Origin: a virus
Taxonomy: Duplodnaviria; Caudoviricetes
IMG/VR virus record: IMGVR_UViG_3300048578_000448
Location: 1-45,571 of that record
DNA: 45,571 bases
Direction: 5' to 3' (one strand)
The position numbers and the translations under genes were made by a program. A model generated the notes under the pieces. That model had not been told where the DNA came from. It worked only from the letters and a program-made list of their open reading frames with translations, and did no database searches. Below are positions 44,318 through 45,571 of this stretch, piece by piece. The stretch's first letter is position 1; each line of letters opens with the position of its first letter.

Positions 44318-44611
44318 TCAGTCGTCCGACTCGAAGCTGCGCTCCTCGCGGCAATGCCACAGGCGCAGGATGAAGATCGTCGCATCCGCAATCTCGTAGC
44401 GCAGCTCGTAATTGCCGACGATGATGCGCCGAACCTCGCGCGGCTCGTAGGCGTCCAGCTTCTCGCCGATCCGGGGATAGTCGAGCAGCCGATCCGGCGC
44501 GCGCGAGAGCTGCTGCACGACCCGCGCCGCCGCCTCCGGGGCAACCGGACGCAGATGCTCGTGCAGCCGCACCAAATCCGAGGACGCCTTGCCGGTCCAC
44601 TTGATCCTCAT
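44318..44611 (-). CDS. RelE/ParE-family toxin
   Basis: MRIKWT.KA.SDL.RL, L.DYPRIG, YELRYEI, ILRLWH.RE; overlaps the antitoxin gene. Confidence 0.9.
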   Translation of the reverse strand: MRIKWTGKASSDLVRLHEHLRPVAPEAAARVVQQLSRAPDRLLDYPRIGEKLDAYEPREVRRIIVGNYELRYEIADATIFILRLWHCREERSFESDD

Positions 44612-44886
44612 GCCGAAGGCGGCGGCAGCGGGGTGTCAGTGCCGAGGCTGTCCGCCCAAGCGCGCACGGCCTGATGGTCGATCACGCGCCCGGCATCGAC
44701 ATCTTCCATTGCTTCGAGCGTCATGCGGTGACGCTCCTCCTCCTGATCAACCCAGGCGGCGAGCGCCTGTTTCATCACCCAGCCACGCGAGCGTTCGAGC
44801 CGCGAGGCCATTGCTTCAACCTTCTCCGCGAGGTGCAGCGGGACGTGTGCGGTCAACACTTTTGTCTCAGTCGCCATGTTCATCAC
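44608..44886 (-). CDS. CopG/RHH antitoxin
   Basis: VLTAHVP..LAEKV...A.RLERSRGWVMKQAL..W; DVDAGRVIDH. Confidence 0.9.
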   Translation of the reverse strand: MMNMATETKVLTAHVPLHLAEKVEAMASRLERSRGWVMKQALAAWVDQEEERHRMTLEAMEDVDAGRVIDHQAVRAWADSLGTDTPLPPPSA

Positions 44887-45340
44887 CTGCTATCAACCCG
44901 ATTAAAATATAATCGAAATAGGCTGGAAAAGCAAGGTCAGCAGAATGGCTTGGCGCCTCCCTACGGGACCGCCGCTCTATCTCCGCTGCGCTCCGACCGA
45001 GCCCCTGACGGGTCTCGTCCCTGCCGGGTGACGATCAGCATGGCGGGGTGGCGCTGCTGCGCCGTTCGGCAATCCGCTGCGCGGATTGTTGTCTTTCCGA
45101 TCTGCGGAGATCGAGCCAGGGCTGCGCCAGCCCGATCGCATCTGGTCGTTTCTCTCCCCGTCGATGGGGTGGGCGACGCTTCCCTTTAGGCCCGCCGCGC
45201 CGGGCCGCAACGCGCTGTTGGCGCGTCCTCCACTGCGTTCCGGTCCTGCGGATGCTGCCCGGCTCCGCCAGCGGGCCAACGGCAAGCTTCTTCGCCGCCC
45301 ACCCCATTCCGGGGTGAGTGTGGTTTTTAGGAGAAGTGTG

Positions 45341-45571
45341 ATGAACGCTGTTACCGAAATCCTAGCCGCCGAGCCTGTGTCGGGCGTCGAGATTTTCGTG
45401 CCGCTCGCCAAGCTCAAGAAGTCCCCGCGCAATGCCCGCAAGGTGCCGCATGGGGAAGCCGCTATCGAGGCGCTGGCCGCTTCGATCCAGCACAAGGGGC
45501 TGATCCAGAACCTTGTCGTAGAGCCGGAAACCAAGGAGGACGGGACGCCGACCGGCAACTATCTCGTTACC
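45341..45571 (+). CDS. ParB/RepB/Spo0J-family protein, 5' part (runs off the window)
   Basis: MNAVTE...VPLAKLKKSPRNARK...LAASIQHKGLIQNLVV; AGGAG SD. Confidence 0.85.
   Translation, partial: MNAVTEILAAEPVSGVEIFVPLAKLKKSPRNARKVPHGEAAIEALAASIQHKGLIQNLVVEPETKEDGTPTGNYLVT

Larger units (their letters stand above)
42388..45571. mobile_element. Edge of a second integrative element (ICE/IME-like)
   Basis: Serine recombinase, small conserved ORF, TA pair and ParB-like gene. Confidence 0.6.

Noticed and set aside
1-45571. CRISPR arrays, rRNA and canonical tRNA genes
   Set aside because: No regularly spaced repeats seen; the cloverleaf-like elements lack canonical GTTCRA T-loops and 7-nt anticodon loops.

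Overview
GC-rich, probably alphaproteobacterial DNA (inferred from gene content). About 1-42387 is a nearly complete transposable (Mu-like) prophage, read mostly on the minus strand. From the right it carries: repressor (+), ner, ParB, MuA transposase, MuB ATPase, a semi-essential region with an MT-A70 methylase, GemA, Mor/C activator, lysis genes, terminase, portal, MuF with a C-terminal extension, protease/scaffold, gpT capsid, a non-contractile tail (tube, frameshifted chaperone, tape measure, LamG/SPRY fibre), a com + DNA methyltransferase module, a thermonuclease and a membrane protein. Its repressor-proximal end (about 42387, with three repeats that look like transposase sites) interrupts the 3' end of a large serine recombinase belonging to a second integrative element (recombinase, RHH/RelE-ParE TA pair, ParB); the other prophage end lies outside the window. 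The best candidate for an undescribed system is a MuF-fused PBECR-type nuclease domain with no protein immunity gene. Its stop codon is overlapped by a ~70-nt multi-stem RNA sitting behind a near-consensus antisense sigma70 promoter, a possible RNA antitoxin. A second cloverleaf-like, switchable RNA lies upstream of com. All family calls come from motif recognition and synteny; no database search was run.
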